The notes beneath the pieces are model-generated. The model saw only the letters and a program-made list of their open reading frames with translations, searched no databases and had not been told where the DNA came from. From assembly GCF_009914755.1 (NCBI RefSeq), contig NC_060936.1: 64,000 nucleotides of DNA; one strand, written 5' to 3'. Below, piece by piece: positions 12,878 through 26,645 of the stretch. Origin of the DNA: the human T2T-CHM13v2.0 reference genome, Homo sapiens. Both the position numbers and the translations under genes were made by a program. The stretch's first letter is position 1. Each line of letters begins with the position of its first letter.

Positions 12878-14859
12878 TAGAGATATACAAGAAGACAAAC
12901 TAGTCCTGGTTCATACTCTCAAAGAGCTTAACACCCAGGTAGGAATAAATCAGGCAGGTGAAGGTAGCTTATGCTGTGGTAACAAATACCACCTATAAAA
13001 CAAACAACAAAAGTTTATCTCCCATTCAGGTACTTGCTCACCAAGGGTGGGTGACATCCTTCTTCAGGGAGAGTCAAGAGTGGCTCTGCCACCGGGAATG
13101 CTGCCAGACACCTCCATTGGAGAAGATGAAACTTTCATGTTAGTTCTACTTGTGTCTCCCTGTAAGCCACGCGTCACTTTCACATTTATTTTTCCTTCCT
13201 TAGAGAAAATTATATGAGAATTTCTAGCTTCACAGTGATGGAGAAGTATGAACTACTTCTCTGCCCAGTAGATATTAGTGAATGGTGGCAACAGACTGCA
13301 GGGAGACAGGCATTAAACAGATAATTACTGGATGACAGATAATGGAGAGTGCAATGAAGGAAGGAAGGAAAAGTTAAAGGTGCCATGAGAAAGAAAATTG
13401 GGGACTTAATTTGGTTTGCGAGATTCAGGGAATGCCTCTCTGAGAGATGATACTTAAGGTGGAACGTAAAAACATGTCTGTAAGAGTCTATGACCTTACC
13501 ATCCTGAGTCTAACCAGACTAACTATCCCTAACTTGGGATAAACAGTCTGAACCACTCATCCAACCAATATGAGAGCTATGCATAGATCCTTCAAATGCC
13601 TTGCATGGGAGCCTAGGTTTTGAATCCTCCCTGACAGCAAGCACTGCTTTTCACTTGGCAACAGAGACCAATGTATGTTCTCCAGAACTAATTTCATTCA
13701 TGGAACGCTAGGCATGGAATCTCAGCTGTTCTTCATAGCAGAGGGCTCAGAGTTTCTTCATGTCACACTAATAGTTTCACTGATTGAAAATCCACAGCAG
13801 ACAAGAATTGGGACTCCCCGAGATAGTGCTGGAGTTAGAATAATTTATGGAGAGCAGTCTAGCACAACATAAGCTATTTAAAGCTGCATAATATACCCAC
13901 AAACTCTTATTAAGGGCTGTGGTTTTCAACCCTATGAGACAGAAACCAGTTATCATTATGCATCACCATGAAAGAAGATTAAAATTAAATCAATTTGTTT
14001 ATCTCTGGGTTCTCTGCCCAATTAACATTTCAGAAAGGGAAACATTCTGTCCAGATAAGAAATCAGCCCTCATCCAAATTGAGATATTAAGAATATAAAT
14101 CTCAGGAGGTTTTCAGAAATAAATTTAATTATCAAAAGGGCAGAAGACCAGTTAAGGCTCAGCTTATGAATTGTTGCTGCTGTGAGTTAGAGTCAGACTC
14201 CTTGGACAGTATCCGTTTGAACTGAAGGAAGGTGAAAAGTTTCTGTGCAAATTAATTCAGAGCGTTTAAGTGGACTTACCTCCAGAAATAGAAATGCCAC
14301 TTTATTTTAATGACTGTTGTATTTTCTAAAAACCTTCTTGAGGAACATTTTACAGTGAAACACTGAAATTTTGTATAGAATATACTATGTATTGATTAAT
14401 TAATTCATAAAATTCATGAAGGACTTGGGCTTCAGCTAAACAAGGATTTTTCCAAAATCCCAGGTATTTGAGTGTGGATAATCCATCTCAGTGGATTTTC
14501 ATCATTTCACCAGATCCAGGTCATATCTGGGTTCATGTGTTTGAAAAGTGGCAATGTATTTGCAGATTATTCCATAGTAGATTGTAATGGATTTGAGGCA
14601 CACTCTACTCTTAGTGAAGACCAGAGTGTTGCTGCAGACCAAGTTACCCAGCTCGAACGCCATTCCCTACTAGCAAGCATTTTTCCTTCACATCAGGTTA
14701 TTAAACAGATCATTTTACAGGTAGATAACCTGTCAACAGAGAACAGATTCAATCAGGGAGGTTGTGAACAAGCCCTGAGTCACTGCATGGATTCTGGAAC
14801 CTCATAGAAGGGTATAAATATCTGTACTCTTACAGAAGGAAGACCCAGACTCAAGATCT

Positions 14860-14990
14860 AGAGATCTGGCATTTACCAGCTCTTTCTCCTTGGATCATAA
14901 TGTCTCTGAACCTCAATTTTCTAATACGGGAAATGGTAAGAACTTGCTTAGCCCAAACAACAGGATCAACTAAGACTGTGTGTGCAAGAA
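14860..14990 (+). mobile_element. MIR remnant
   Basis: tctctgaacctcaattttctaatacgggaaatgg. Confidence 0.5.
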
Positions 14991-16023
14991 CTTAACCACT
15001 GTTCTCCCTGCCACTCCCCAAATCACCCATGCCCTCTATGCATGTTAAAGGGCCCTTGCTCATGCTATTCCTGGGTGTAGAATATCCTCCCAACCTTCGT
15101 TCCACCTGGAGAAACCCCGTGCTTCCTTTAAGACCCGGTTTACAGAAAGTCCTCTTGGGAAGACTTCTCTGATTTAATCTGCTTTGACCAAATCAGATAA
15201 GCATCCCCTGTACTCCAGTAGAACTCTGTAGATAATTCTATTACGGCACCTACCATCTTGTGCTGTAATTGATATAAGCAAGGCCTAATTTATCACAGGA
15301 AACAGCAAGCGCCTTTATCTGTATACTTTTCATCAAGATAGCCCTGGCCTTGTGTGTACTACGTGATCAACAAGTATGCTGATAAAATCATCACATTTGC
15401 ATTTAATTTTTTTTGAGGCCAGGGGTGCTTTGGTCTATTCCAAACATACATCTGGAATGCTAAAAGTAGGCAGTAGAGAATAACTGCAAGATAAAACTCT
15501 CCAAAGTAATGTTTAAACATATTATTCCGTCTTCTCTTGTCCATTTTCATAAAACCTTCAAGATCTTGTTCAAGGGACACAGTGACATAAATTTCTGCTG
15601 TTTTAGAAGGCATACAGCTTTAGTTTGTTCTTTTATGTATTTTTGATCCTCAGTGCTCTTAGTTTTGGGTATGTGTGCACCTGTGCATAGCTGAGGATAT
15701 AGATGGATATCTTTTCCCAGCCCTCTTTCTTTGATCTCCTTCTTAATCTTTCTAAGAGGGGAGAGTGGGAAGACATGCTTAGACACACGGAGTTGGCAAT
15801 GTAATCAGGCACTGTGGTCAACCTACGAGGGAGGTGACAAGAGAGATGTGTCTGTTTCTGGTAGATATTTCATTCTGAAAAATCTGAAGTGCATAAAGGC
15901 TCCCTCCATATTAAACATCAAAGGTCAAATAAAGTTGTCCTTTTAGGATAGATTCAGGACCCTGAGGGAAGGACAGCCTGGCTGGAAGAAGATCTGGGAT
16001 TGTGGGGAAGACAAGAGGGAGGG

Positions 16024-16069
16024 TCAACCCACAGACATTCAACCCACAGACAGACATTCAACCCACAGA
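16024..16069. repeat. Short tandem repeat, about 3 copies of tcaacccacagacat
   Basis: tcaacccacagacat tcaacccacagacagacat tcaacccacaga. Confidence 0.9.
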
Positions 16070-17186
16070 GAACACCCATCTGAGATGGAATCTTGTACCC
16101 AGTAATAATATTTAAAAAATACTGAACAATCAATACATTAAGAGACCAATCAGGATGGCCATGAATGCTGACATGGCGGTACTGCATTGTGCCAGATAAA
16201 TGTTAGCCTTGGGACAGCGTTTGGGGATAAAGGAAATGATACAAAAGACAGAATCAAACTCCTGGCTGATAGGAAGCAGCTTCTATTTCTGAAGATGGGC
16301 AACAGCTACTTTTAAACATTGAAAATATTTCAGGTATAACTAAGACGTTTCAGGGTATTTTCATTAATTAGTCCCAAAGTATCAGGCACATGGCAGTTGT
16401 AGTGAGCACCTAGCTGACCTGCCTAGGTAATCACTAAATCTTACATAGATGAGAGAACTGATACTCAAAGCTGATGACATGCCTAAAGTCCAGGTGCTAA
16501 TTAAGGGCAGCTCTGGTCTTAGAATCTAAGTCTCCTTGACTTGTCAAGTCTATTAAAACAAAACCAGGGATTTTTCTGATATGTCATGTGGCATAGTTCC
16601 TGCAAAACACATGGCAGAAAGTTTCTGCATGTTCATAAGATCTGACAGAATTAACAGACTAAAAGGAACATGATATGACAACCTGGTGCCTTCTGGCAAG
16701 GAAATCACTGAATCATCTGGGACAAGGTCATGTTTTCCCTCCTCTTTAAGCACTTTGCGGAGGAAGAAGCCCACAGTCTCCTTGGACAGTTATCTTGAGC
16801 GTCTGCTATTTTTGCCACTCAACTTTCTTTTACCCTTCTTTCGTTAAAGCAATTCACTTGTATTTCTCCAGTGAACACGTCCCTCGGCCACTCTCAAGCC
16901 ATGTGGATTGGCTGGAAATGACCCTACTCTTAATTACAAGTATGTTCTCAATGGCTTAAGTCAGGGATTCTCAATGAAATATCTGTGAAGTCCTGAGGGA
17001 ACCCCAAGATATTTTCAAGGGTTCTGCAAAGTCAAAACTATTTTCACAGTGAAACCAAGATGTTTTTCACATTTGTCACTGTGCTTCCATTTGTACTGAT
17101 GGTGCAAAGGCAATGATGGGTATTGTTGTCAGGCTGGCATGACCATGGAAGGTAGCGAAACCCAACTGTGCTAGGAATTGGTGTAC

Positions 17187-18153
17187 TGTTGGAGTAGGCA
17201 GATGACTAGGTATGAGAAAAGTGGGGAGCCCCTGAGAAAGGAAGGAGGAGAAATACCTATGCAGGAAGAAATGCCCCCAAATGTCCCTTAAGATGCCTAA
17301 TTACTCACTCTGTGGTTAAACTGTCAGAATGTGGCTAGCCACATGCTGATGAGAAGAAAAATGGGTGAACGGGAAATTCCTAAGAGACACACAAGTGCAG
17401 AAAGTACAGATTTCCCTGCTCTATGCCCTTCCTGGGGTGGCAGCAAGGAGCAACACTGCCATCAGATGAGATTCATATTGATCACCAGCCCCACACAGGT
17501 GCATCAGCTGACAGTAAAGAAGAATCCCACAAACCTGGTTGGGAACTAGGTGGGACAAAGATGGAAACCTCACACAGAAGCAGGAAACTAGACCTAGACA
17601 AAAGCAGGGACTTGAGATAGAGGCAGGGACTTAAAGAAAGAGTTTGACCCAATAAAAGCCACAGGAAAGAACTCTAAGGGCTGCTGTCATGTTGATATCT
17701 TATTGCTACAAAGAGTCTGTTGGTCAGTCCTAAGGTGTTGTAAAATTAATGCTCATCAGGTGTGCCTGAATTCCAAAGGGAGGAGGGTATCATGAGGCAG
17801 GTGCAAGCCCCTCTTTCCATTATGCCCTGAACTAGTTTTTCAGGCTAACTTTAGAAAGCCCTTGGCTGAGAGGAGGGGGTCATTCAATGGGTTGGGTGGC
17901 TGAGAATTTTATTTTTGGTTTCCAGCAGCCCATTCTGCCTGGTCTTTCAGAGCGAACTGTCTCTTTTAAGCAAACTCTGTTACTACTTAACCCTCGCTGC
18001 TACTGCAGCTCCCAGCTGGGTCAGCCCGCTCCTTTCTTGGAGAGGAATCTTATTTCCTTAATAAACCTTTTGCTTGGTTTACTGATTGGTCTCTTGGTCG
18101 AATTCTTTCTCCTAAGAAGACTGAGAACCAAGGACCCACACTTCCCAGTGATA
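17187..18153 (+). mobile_element. MER50-family ERV1 LTR containing an inverted MER4-type fragment
   Basis: tgttggagtaggcagat start, gaaattcctaagagac core, aataaa, cacttcccagtgata end. Confidence 0.75.
17681..17924 (-). mobile_element. MER4-family LTR 5' fragment (~244 bp)
   Basis: Reverse complement aligns to the first ~250 bp of the LTR at 18617. Confidence 0.8.
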
Positions 18154-18616
18154 GTGTTAGTCACGGAAGCACACTCACAATGTGAGAAGTGCCAGTTTCA
18201 CTTAGGGATGTCCTTGAAGATGCAGTAAACATTATTACTTTTATTAAATATTTGTCCTCAAATGCACGTCTTTTTACTGGTCTGTGACAAAATGCGTATA
18301 GCACTATACCGCACACTGAATTCCTATGGCTGTCTTGAAGAAAAGCACTTAGGTGATTGAGCTGTAAGCTAAGTTTGAGTTTTTCAGGGAACACCATTTT
18401 CACTGAAAAGAATGACTAAGAAATTATGGTTATTTTGATTAAGTATTTGACAAAGATTTTCTGAAAAATGAACAAAGTGAGCTAGTGATGTCAAAAAATA
18501 ATAAACAAATAAACTGGCAATATTTGTTACCAATGATCAAATTACAGGTTGAAGGCAGAAATCAGAATTTTGGAAAACTGGTATCTGCTACTGTGATTTC
18601 GAAAGCATCTCAACAT

Positions 18617-19458
18617 TGCAAACCAAAAGTAAAATTCTAAGCCGTCTAACCAACTGAATGAACCCCCTCCTCTTAGCCAAGGTCCTTCTGAAGTTAACCT
18701 GAAAAACTAGTTCAGGCCATTATAAAAAGAGGGGGGTCAGACGTGCCTCATTATACTCTCCTCTCTTTGGATTTCAGGCAGAAATGACCAGCATTAATAT
18801 TAAAATAGAGACTGTAAGACTGACAAAACAGACTCTTTGTAGCAATAAGATATCAATGTGATAGCAGACTTTGAAAGAAATCAAAGTATTTTACCCACTA
18901 ATATATTTCTTGACATATTTTGAAATGGCCCTGCAAAGCTGTCTCTGGTGGGGAAAATCTACATTCTGTAGAGAATCCCCTTCCCTTTCCAGGTCTTTTC
19001 CTGATTGAGGAGAGAATTAACTAAGAGCCTGGCACCATTTTATGTCTGATAAAAAACATTTATAATCTATTTACCTAAGCCTCTAGGATTCATCTGTCTA
19101 GTAAGAACCTTGATTTCCACAACCCCTTATCTTAACTCACACATTCCTGTCTATGGAGTCCAGGTCTTTAAATAATAACTCTTTCAACAAATTGCCAGTC
19201 AGAAAATCTTTGAATCTGCCTATGACTTGGAAACTCCTGCTTCAAGTTGTTCCGCCTTTCCAGACCTAACCAATGTACATCTTACGTGTATTGACTGACG
19301 TCATGTCTCCCTAAAACGTATAAAACCAGCTTGTAGCTGGACTACCTTGATGACCAGTTCTCAAGACGTCCTGGGGCTATGTAACAGGTCATGGTCCTCA
19401 TATCTAGCTCAGAATAAATCTCTTCAAATATTTTACAGTATTTGACTCTTTGTCAACA
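18617..19458 (+). mobile_element. MER4-family (MER4D/E-like) ERV1 solo LTR
   Basis: tgcaaaccaaaagtaaaattctaagcc start; ctgaaaaactagttcaggcc; tataaaa; aataaatctcttcaaatattttacag...gtcaaca end. Confidence 0.8.
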
Positions 19459-21193
19459 ATACTTGCAAGCTTTCCTGATGACATTGGTGCTGATATTTAA
19501 AAGAAAATGTGATTTTTTGATATTGTAAAATGAAATGGGTCAACATTTGGAAGTGCAACATCACTAGTGAATCAATATTTTCCAAATTACCAATTCATGA
19601 TATTATACAATCACGTGTAGATACAAGAACCATTCAAAATGCAAGATAGACCAGAAGTTCATTGATAGGATTTTAGAATCCACATTGCAACTAACTGTAA
19701 GAAGCCACCACATGACAAGTTTTAGTGTAATATTAAAAAAGTATATATGCAATAATCTGAAAAAGCTATTAAAATATTCTCTTTTCCAACTACATATATA
19801 TATGAGGCTGAATAGTCTAACTATACTGCAATAAAAACATTATTGCTACAGAGTGGATGCAAAAGCAGATATGAGAATTTAGCTGGTATCTGCTAAGTCA
19901 GACGTTAAAGACATTTACGAAATTGTAAACAGTACCACCTTTCACAGTGATTTTCTTTTGGGGGGGATATAATTGTTTTTCATAAAATTACATCATTTAT
20001 GTTACCATTTAATGGCTTTACAATCGCTTTTTAAAATAAATGTATAAATATATATTTTTTAATTTTCTCAGTTTTTGTTTATAATATGGTGCACATCTAT
20101 AGGTATAACCTACATAAACAAATGACTTTGCAGAATCTCCAATAGTTCTGAACAGAATAAAAGGAGCCAGGGACCAAAAAGATTGAGAACCACCAGTTTA
20201 AGCCAATCAGCATATCTCCCATATGTCTTGATGTCTGACCACCATAGGTGGTTTAGGGATGGATTGCCATCTGATTAGTGAGCAGTTCAGGAGGGGTTCT
20301 GGGCATTTTAAAAAGGAAAAGAGTTTTCATTTCTCTCCCATTCTGTTCACTCTGGCATGAGGTGTCTATTACAGGAGCTCTAAGTGGGGAGATGGAAACT
20401 GCTTGGGTGGCAGGAACAGTCTGAGGATACAGCAGCTTCCTGCAAAGGCAGAGTTCCTGCAGGTGTGCTGCTGCAGTGTGGAGTCCAGTCTCCTTAAAGC
20501 CACCTCACATTTGGAATTTTCAGTTTCCTAAGGCAGGCATTCCCTTGGCTAGTAAGTCCACTTGAGCAAGTTTTGTCACTTGCTACCAGGCAACTTACAC
20601 GACAACCTGGAGGAGATCCTGTCACCCCCTGGTCCATAATCCAACGCACTGACAAACGCAATTCCCTGTGAGTGGAACTAGAGGAGAGTTTCATTTCTTG
20701 GGAGCAGACATACCCCAGAGTACTAAGAAACCATTGTTTTATGACACAATTTTCTGTCTGACTGTCTCTTGGGAATTATCTTTTATTATATCAACAGCAT
20801 TATATGTGAATGCATCTGTTGCTTTCAAAAAATCTCAAATCGAACTATTCTCTTCTGTAAGCAGTCCCACTTGCAAATCTGTGGAGAGGCAGGTCATTTC
20901 TTAAGAAGAGTGTTTCTGAAACAAAGTGTTTAAAGTCCTTGAAACATATTAAGCAACACAAACTTCTTATGTTTGGTTCATTATTCTATATTTCATGTTA
21001 TCTTATTGGTATCTCCAATTCATTATATTTAATGGTATGTTTGAAGATAACTTGAATTTGCTTGGTTTTGTTGTTTGGTTGGTTCAGCATAAAGGAAAAC
21101 CACATTCAACCATAGATTTCTACAGTAACTGGAATCACAGGTCAGGAAGCTAAGATGTCAGTATAAATAGGGGCACAATCTCCACTCTTAAAG

Positions 21194-21363
21194 CAGTGAC
21201 TCTCAAACCCTGGCATCCATAAGAGTCACCTGGGAGGGATTAAATCACAGAAGGTTGGGCCCCATACCTGAGGTTTCTGAGTTAGCAGGTTTGGGGTGAG
21301 ACAGGAGAATTTGTACATCTAACAAATGCTGCTGGTCCTGGGTCCACACTTCGAGAGCCACTA
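21194..21363. mobile_element. MER5A hAT MITE
   Basis: cagtgactctcaaac...gagtcacctggg...ccacacttcgagagccacta. Confidence 0.8.
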
Positions 21364-22649
21364 CCCTGGAATATCTTAGTATGAGATAACATGGTTAGCT
21401 GCTGACTACTAAAGCTGCTGACAGCTACATTTGGAAAGATTTACAGTAGGTAACGGGAAGAACAGGCATCCTAACCTAATAACCTGATCAATGAGATCTC
21501 AAATGGGTTTACACAATGCTAAAGATCTTCTGACTTAATAGATCAATGTCTCTGCACTACAAGTGCAAAGATGCTCAGGGCAACCAGTAGCTGGAATCAA
21601 ATTGAAGGTAAACTTGGATATCTGGGGAGAGTTTTATTGCACAGGTACAAAAAAAATGGACAAGAGTTTTCAGGTTGACATTACAGTGCTACTCCTGCCA
21701 CCAGGCTTAGCAAGTATGTAAGTGCCACCATCTCCTTGGATTTGATCTGTAATATAAATATTCATTGAGATCCTATCACATGCTAGACTCAGTATGAAGT
21801 ACATGGTATAGAGAGGCAAAGGCAAATAAAGGCATTTCTCCTTGGTATTAAGACATTTTAGGATTCAAAGGGGTAAACACAATTTTATTAAAATTTTCAC
21901 AACGTAATTTGCAAAAGATGTAAGCACAAAATACAAGTACTGCTCAAGGTTACACAGCGTGCCGATTTACGTAACACCCTCAACGCTGACCCTGCAGGCT
22001 TTATGAAATGACTCCACTGAAGTGCCAGCCTAATTCTACCCAGCTCTACTGTGAGATGACTGGCTGCTGAGAACTGAAATCTGCAAACAAAAGTTAAATT
22101 ATCACCCACTGGCTGCTACCGTATAAAAAGGAGGAAAGTTTTAATTTTTCTACTGGGGGTTTGGTGGTGGGTGGATGGAAACTGAACGTTTTTAGTTGAA
22201 ATGGACGTATCCTACTTCAACTCTAAGTCCCTGCAGAACAGTGGGTGTGTGATTTTTGCTGAATGGCAAATAAAGCCAGCTGTTTCTTCAATTCTACGGG
22301 AAGAGACTCAAAGAAGCCGAGTGATGGAACCAATTTTTGGTAGTTTTCTGTTGGCTGATTAAATCAACCAGAAGTGCCATAGTGAGTTTAATGGTACGAT
22401 ACAAGAGTCTGGAGCACATGTCAGCAGACCAGTGAAGATGCTTGTGGCTTGAAGTAACAGAAGACGATCTAGAAGTTGCTTAAATAAATAATGGGTTTAT
22501 CCTCTTACAAACCATAGAATCCATAGGAGGAGCAGTATCACGGTTGGTCAATTCCATAGCTCAATAAGGCTCTACTCTCAGGTTCTCCTCCTGGTCCCAA
22601 GATGTCCACTGTAGTTCCAAGCATCTCATGGTGCCACAAGGACATCTAC

Positions 22650-22990
22650 CTTCATGTAGTTTCATTCAAATAGATAGCCTGAGACAAGGATTCGCGTGCA
22701 GAAAGCTTTTTTAAGAGGTGAATCCAAGAATCACTGGGAAAGATGAGGAGTAAGACCTAAAAGGAACCACAGGTTCGTGACCAAGAAAATTGCCTCAATG
22801 GGTCACTGGAGGTTAATCCCACTGGGACCTCTGGGAGCAGGTGTGAAACACACACCTCAGAGCTACCCTAGGGCAAATGTAACTGCCACAGGCATCTGAT
22901 CGGGGCTGCTGTTAGGGGTGATAATTCCAGTGCAATTCTGGGTCCTGGACTGGTGGTTAAAGACTGCACCCAGATTAAAATGAAGAGGTG
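22650..22990 (-). mobile_element. Ancient ERVL-class LTR remnant (LTR33-like)
   Basis: gcctgagacaaggattcgcgtgcag...gaggtgaatccaagaatcactgg. Confidence 0.45.
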
Positions 22991-23346
22991 GTTGATTCTG
23001 GTAGGATTCCATCTCTGCTGTTATTGGTGGTTGTTATTCGTATTTATTTCTGAAATATTCAATTATTGTTGTTACTGGTGGCTGTAGCATTCATATTATG
23101 AAATAAGAAAACATCCCCAGAAGTTGCTCAGGTCACATGAAACTGGACCAATCACTGACATGAACGAGGAGATCCCTGAGACGGGCTTAGTAAACAATGA
23201 CTCGTCTGCTGTGGCTGGGAGATCATGTTCCCCCAGCACATAGCCAGGGACAGGACGAATGCAGAAGCCAAGGGTGGCTGTGAAGTCACCAAGGAAGGGG
23301 GAGGGGCTGATGGGTCAGAAATCAATCATGTTTGCTGTAATTAGAC

Positions 23347-23422
23347 TACGTTAGAGATAATTCTATGCCATCTGAATGTAGCCATACGTTAGAGGTAATT
23401 CTATTCCATTTGAATGTAGCCA
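23347..23422. repeat. 38-bp tandem duplication (3 mismatches)
   Basis: tacgttagagataattctatgccatctgaatgtagcca / tacgttagaggtaattctattccatttgaatgtagcca. Confidence 0.95.
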
Positions 23423-23575
23423 AAGGGAAGTTGTCCTCTTTCCCGTCCCTGGATGGACACTGTTGAACAGGAATTTAATCCCATTCTTACCGCAGGGTGA
23501 CCACAAAACCTCTATGAATGCTAGGAGTTATTTGCAGGCTACTCTTTATTATCTAAGTGTTAATTTGAAATTTAA

Positions 23576-23888
23576 GGCCGGGCGTGGTGGTTCACGCCTA
23601 TAATCCCAGCACTTTGGGAGGCCGAGGCAAGTGGATCATGAGGTCAGTAGTTCAAGACCAGCCTGGCCAACATGGTGAAACCCTGTCTCTATGGAAAATA
23701 CAAAAATACAAAAATTAGCTAGCCGTGGTGGCGCACGTCTACAGTCCCAGCTACTCCGGAGGCTGAGGTGGGAGAATGGCTTGAACCCAGGAGGCAGAGC
23801 TTGCAGTGAGCTGAGACCACTGCCAATGCACTCCAGCCTGGGTAACAGAATGAGACTCCATCTCAAAAAAAATAATAATAATAAAAAA
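23576..23888 (+). mobile_element. AluS (Sg-like)
   Basis: Full Alu, ggatcatgaggtcag, TSD gaaatttaa (23567-23575/23889-23897). Confidence 0.95.
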
Positions 23889-24563
23889 GAAATTTAAAAT
23901 GCACCTGAAGACGGAGGGAGAGGAGACACAAACAGCAGAAGTGGCTTGCATGTGCACCGTGGGCTCATTTCGAAAAAGGGGCACTGCCAAAGTGTGTCTT
24001 TCTGAATTTAGGAAGCAGCCAATTAGAAGTAAATTGACCCCATTTTTGATCTGCTATTCCCAATGCAAAGGGAAGAAAGTACACACTACCTTAGAGAAAG
24101 AAAATATTTAGGGATTTTTTTTAAAGACCATTGTGAATAAGGAAAAGTTTTTTTTTAAAAAAAGCAAAAGCTCCTTCCTGATTATGGGTTTTAGACAGCA
24201 CAATCCCAGAGGGTAAATGCTTGCTATTGGGAAATGAGGATAAAGCTCAGTTGCTACACGCACCATGAAAAGCAGCAAGGTGTCCCTGCCATGCATGCTA
24301 ACGGGCTATCAAGAGGTGACCTCATCCGCAGGTACTCACCCTGCAGGAACTCAGGATGACAGACTCCCCTCTACAGGAAACTTCACTGCCTGTGGGTGAC
24401 AACGGGCCTCACTGCCCCTTCCCGACAGCGCACAGTGGAATCCACGCTGACTCAGACACAGGGCACAGTCACATTTTAGGTGAACTAGAGTCACGTAGAT
24501 TTGAGAGAAGGCAAAGTAACAAACGTGAGTGAAGCTTCATGCTGTGCACAGTGTCTGGAATAA

Positions 24564-25040
<477 letters not shown>

Positions 25041-25929
25041 CAGAGGGTCTGTTTGTAAACTGGGGGTGCACTAACCCCAGTACCTCTGCTTGGAAATAAT
25101 TACTCCTTAGATTCTTTTCCTTGGATTCTGAGGAAAGCCAATTTCGTGGCTTTCAAGTAATTTCTTTCTAAAATCAGTCTGATGAAAATTAAATTAATTT
25201 TGTAAATGTTTCTTAGAATGCGACTTCTATACTTCATTGAGAACTGTTGTTTCAGTGAATGGATGCAATGTAGGTAACGAAGGGTTAGATAGACACATTG
25301 AAAAGATGTTACTTGGAATATTACTCATATGCTATACAAATAAAAACAATAAATAAATCCATCTGGTGGGCTCAGGAGAGCAAAGCAGCTCTGTGTCGTG
25401 GTGCTAGGTGACTGCACAGCCAGGGGCAGCCATGGAGACCCTGCGCCTACACAAAGACATCTCTCCCAGGGGCTCATCGGCCAGCTGTGGACTCACTACT
25501 GTGAGGATGGTTGTGGGCCGGGCTGGGGATGAGGAATGAGCAGAGGGCGCTGGAGAGGAAGCCCACAGGGGACCACTCCAGGGAGAGCTGAGATGAAAGC
25601 TCCTGCTTTTCAGAGGCCTGAGGAGCCAGACCTGAGAGAAGAGGGAGGCTTGATGCATCCATTGCCCAGACAGCATTCATCTGTGCTTATCATTTCATCT
25701 TAGCAGCTTCAGCTTGTGGAGCATCCACCATGCATCTCACTCAGGGTGACCGAGGGAGGTCATGGGACTCACGTGAGCTCACCCAGTTAGTAAGTGGGAG
25801 AGGTAGAATTTGCCCTTAGATCATTAGATCTCTCTGAAACAAATTCTAGAGTCCAAATTCTCCAATGAGTTTTTAAAATACAATTGTGGATCATGGTAAT
25901 TTGGATGTGTGACTGTGTGTAGATTTTCT

Positions 25930-26645
25930 TTGTTCAAATATTCATAGTGACTTTATTTAGCATAGCCTCAAACTAGAAAAAGCCCACGTGTCCACCAAGA
26001 AGAAAATGCATAAACGTTGATGGCAAGGGCAGGCACTGAATAGTTCCACAGCAGGGAAAGATAACAGTGTCTTCCACATGCAACTACATGGATGAGTCTC
26101 AGGATATTCCGTGTGAAAGAAGTGTTACACAGAAGCGTGGATATTGTATCCTTCCATTTATAAAAAACTCTAGAAAAGGCAAATCTACTCTAGGATGGAA
26201 AAAAAAAGAGCAATAATTTCCTCTGGTTACCTAAGGATGGGAACTGATGAAGGAGATGCATAGAGGAACTCTATGGGGCCCGGGTGATGATCTTTGTCTC
26301 AATCAGAGCTTGCATGTGTTGGAACTCATCAATTGGTACATTTAAGATGTCTGCATTTCATTGTGTGTAACGTTTACAATAAGAGGAACAAACATTAAAC
26401 TCGAATTAGTGAGAGGCATGCTGAGATAGTTGGGTAGAGTATATTTATGCTTGCATCTTACTTTGAAATACATCAAAAGTAAGATGGATTAATAGATGCA
26501 AGAAGGATGAACAGATTGATAGATATGTGATAAAGCAGACATGGTTTAAATGTTAATTATAGAATCTAGGTGATGGGTATATGGGTGTTAAGTGTAAAAT
26601 CTGATAAACATGACTGCACGTCTAAAACATTTTGTAATAAACTAT
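25930..26645 (+). mobile_element. Old L1 (L1MC/MD/ME) 3' fragment
   Basis: ttcatagtgactttatttagcatagcctcaaactagaaa; gcaactacatggatgagtctc; ctagaaaaggcaaatct. Confidence 0.7.

Larger units (their letters stand above)
16962..20195 (+). mobile_element. Charlie1(a)-type hAT transposon interrupted by LTRs
   Basis: TIRs cagggattctcaa/ttgagaaccacca; 8-bp TSD gcttaagt/gtttaagc; gtcaaaactattttca and actgatggtgcaaaggcaatg motifs. Confidence 0.85.
16860..20590 (+). mobile_element. LTR16-like ERVL LTR split by Charlie1 (16860-16961 and 20196-20590)
   Basis: Joined flanks read ggcttaagccaatcagcat...; ends ttttgtcacttgc as in the LTR16 family. Confidence 0.5.
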
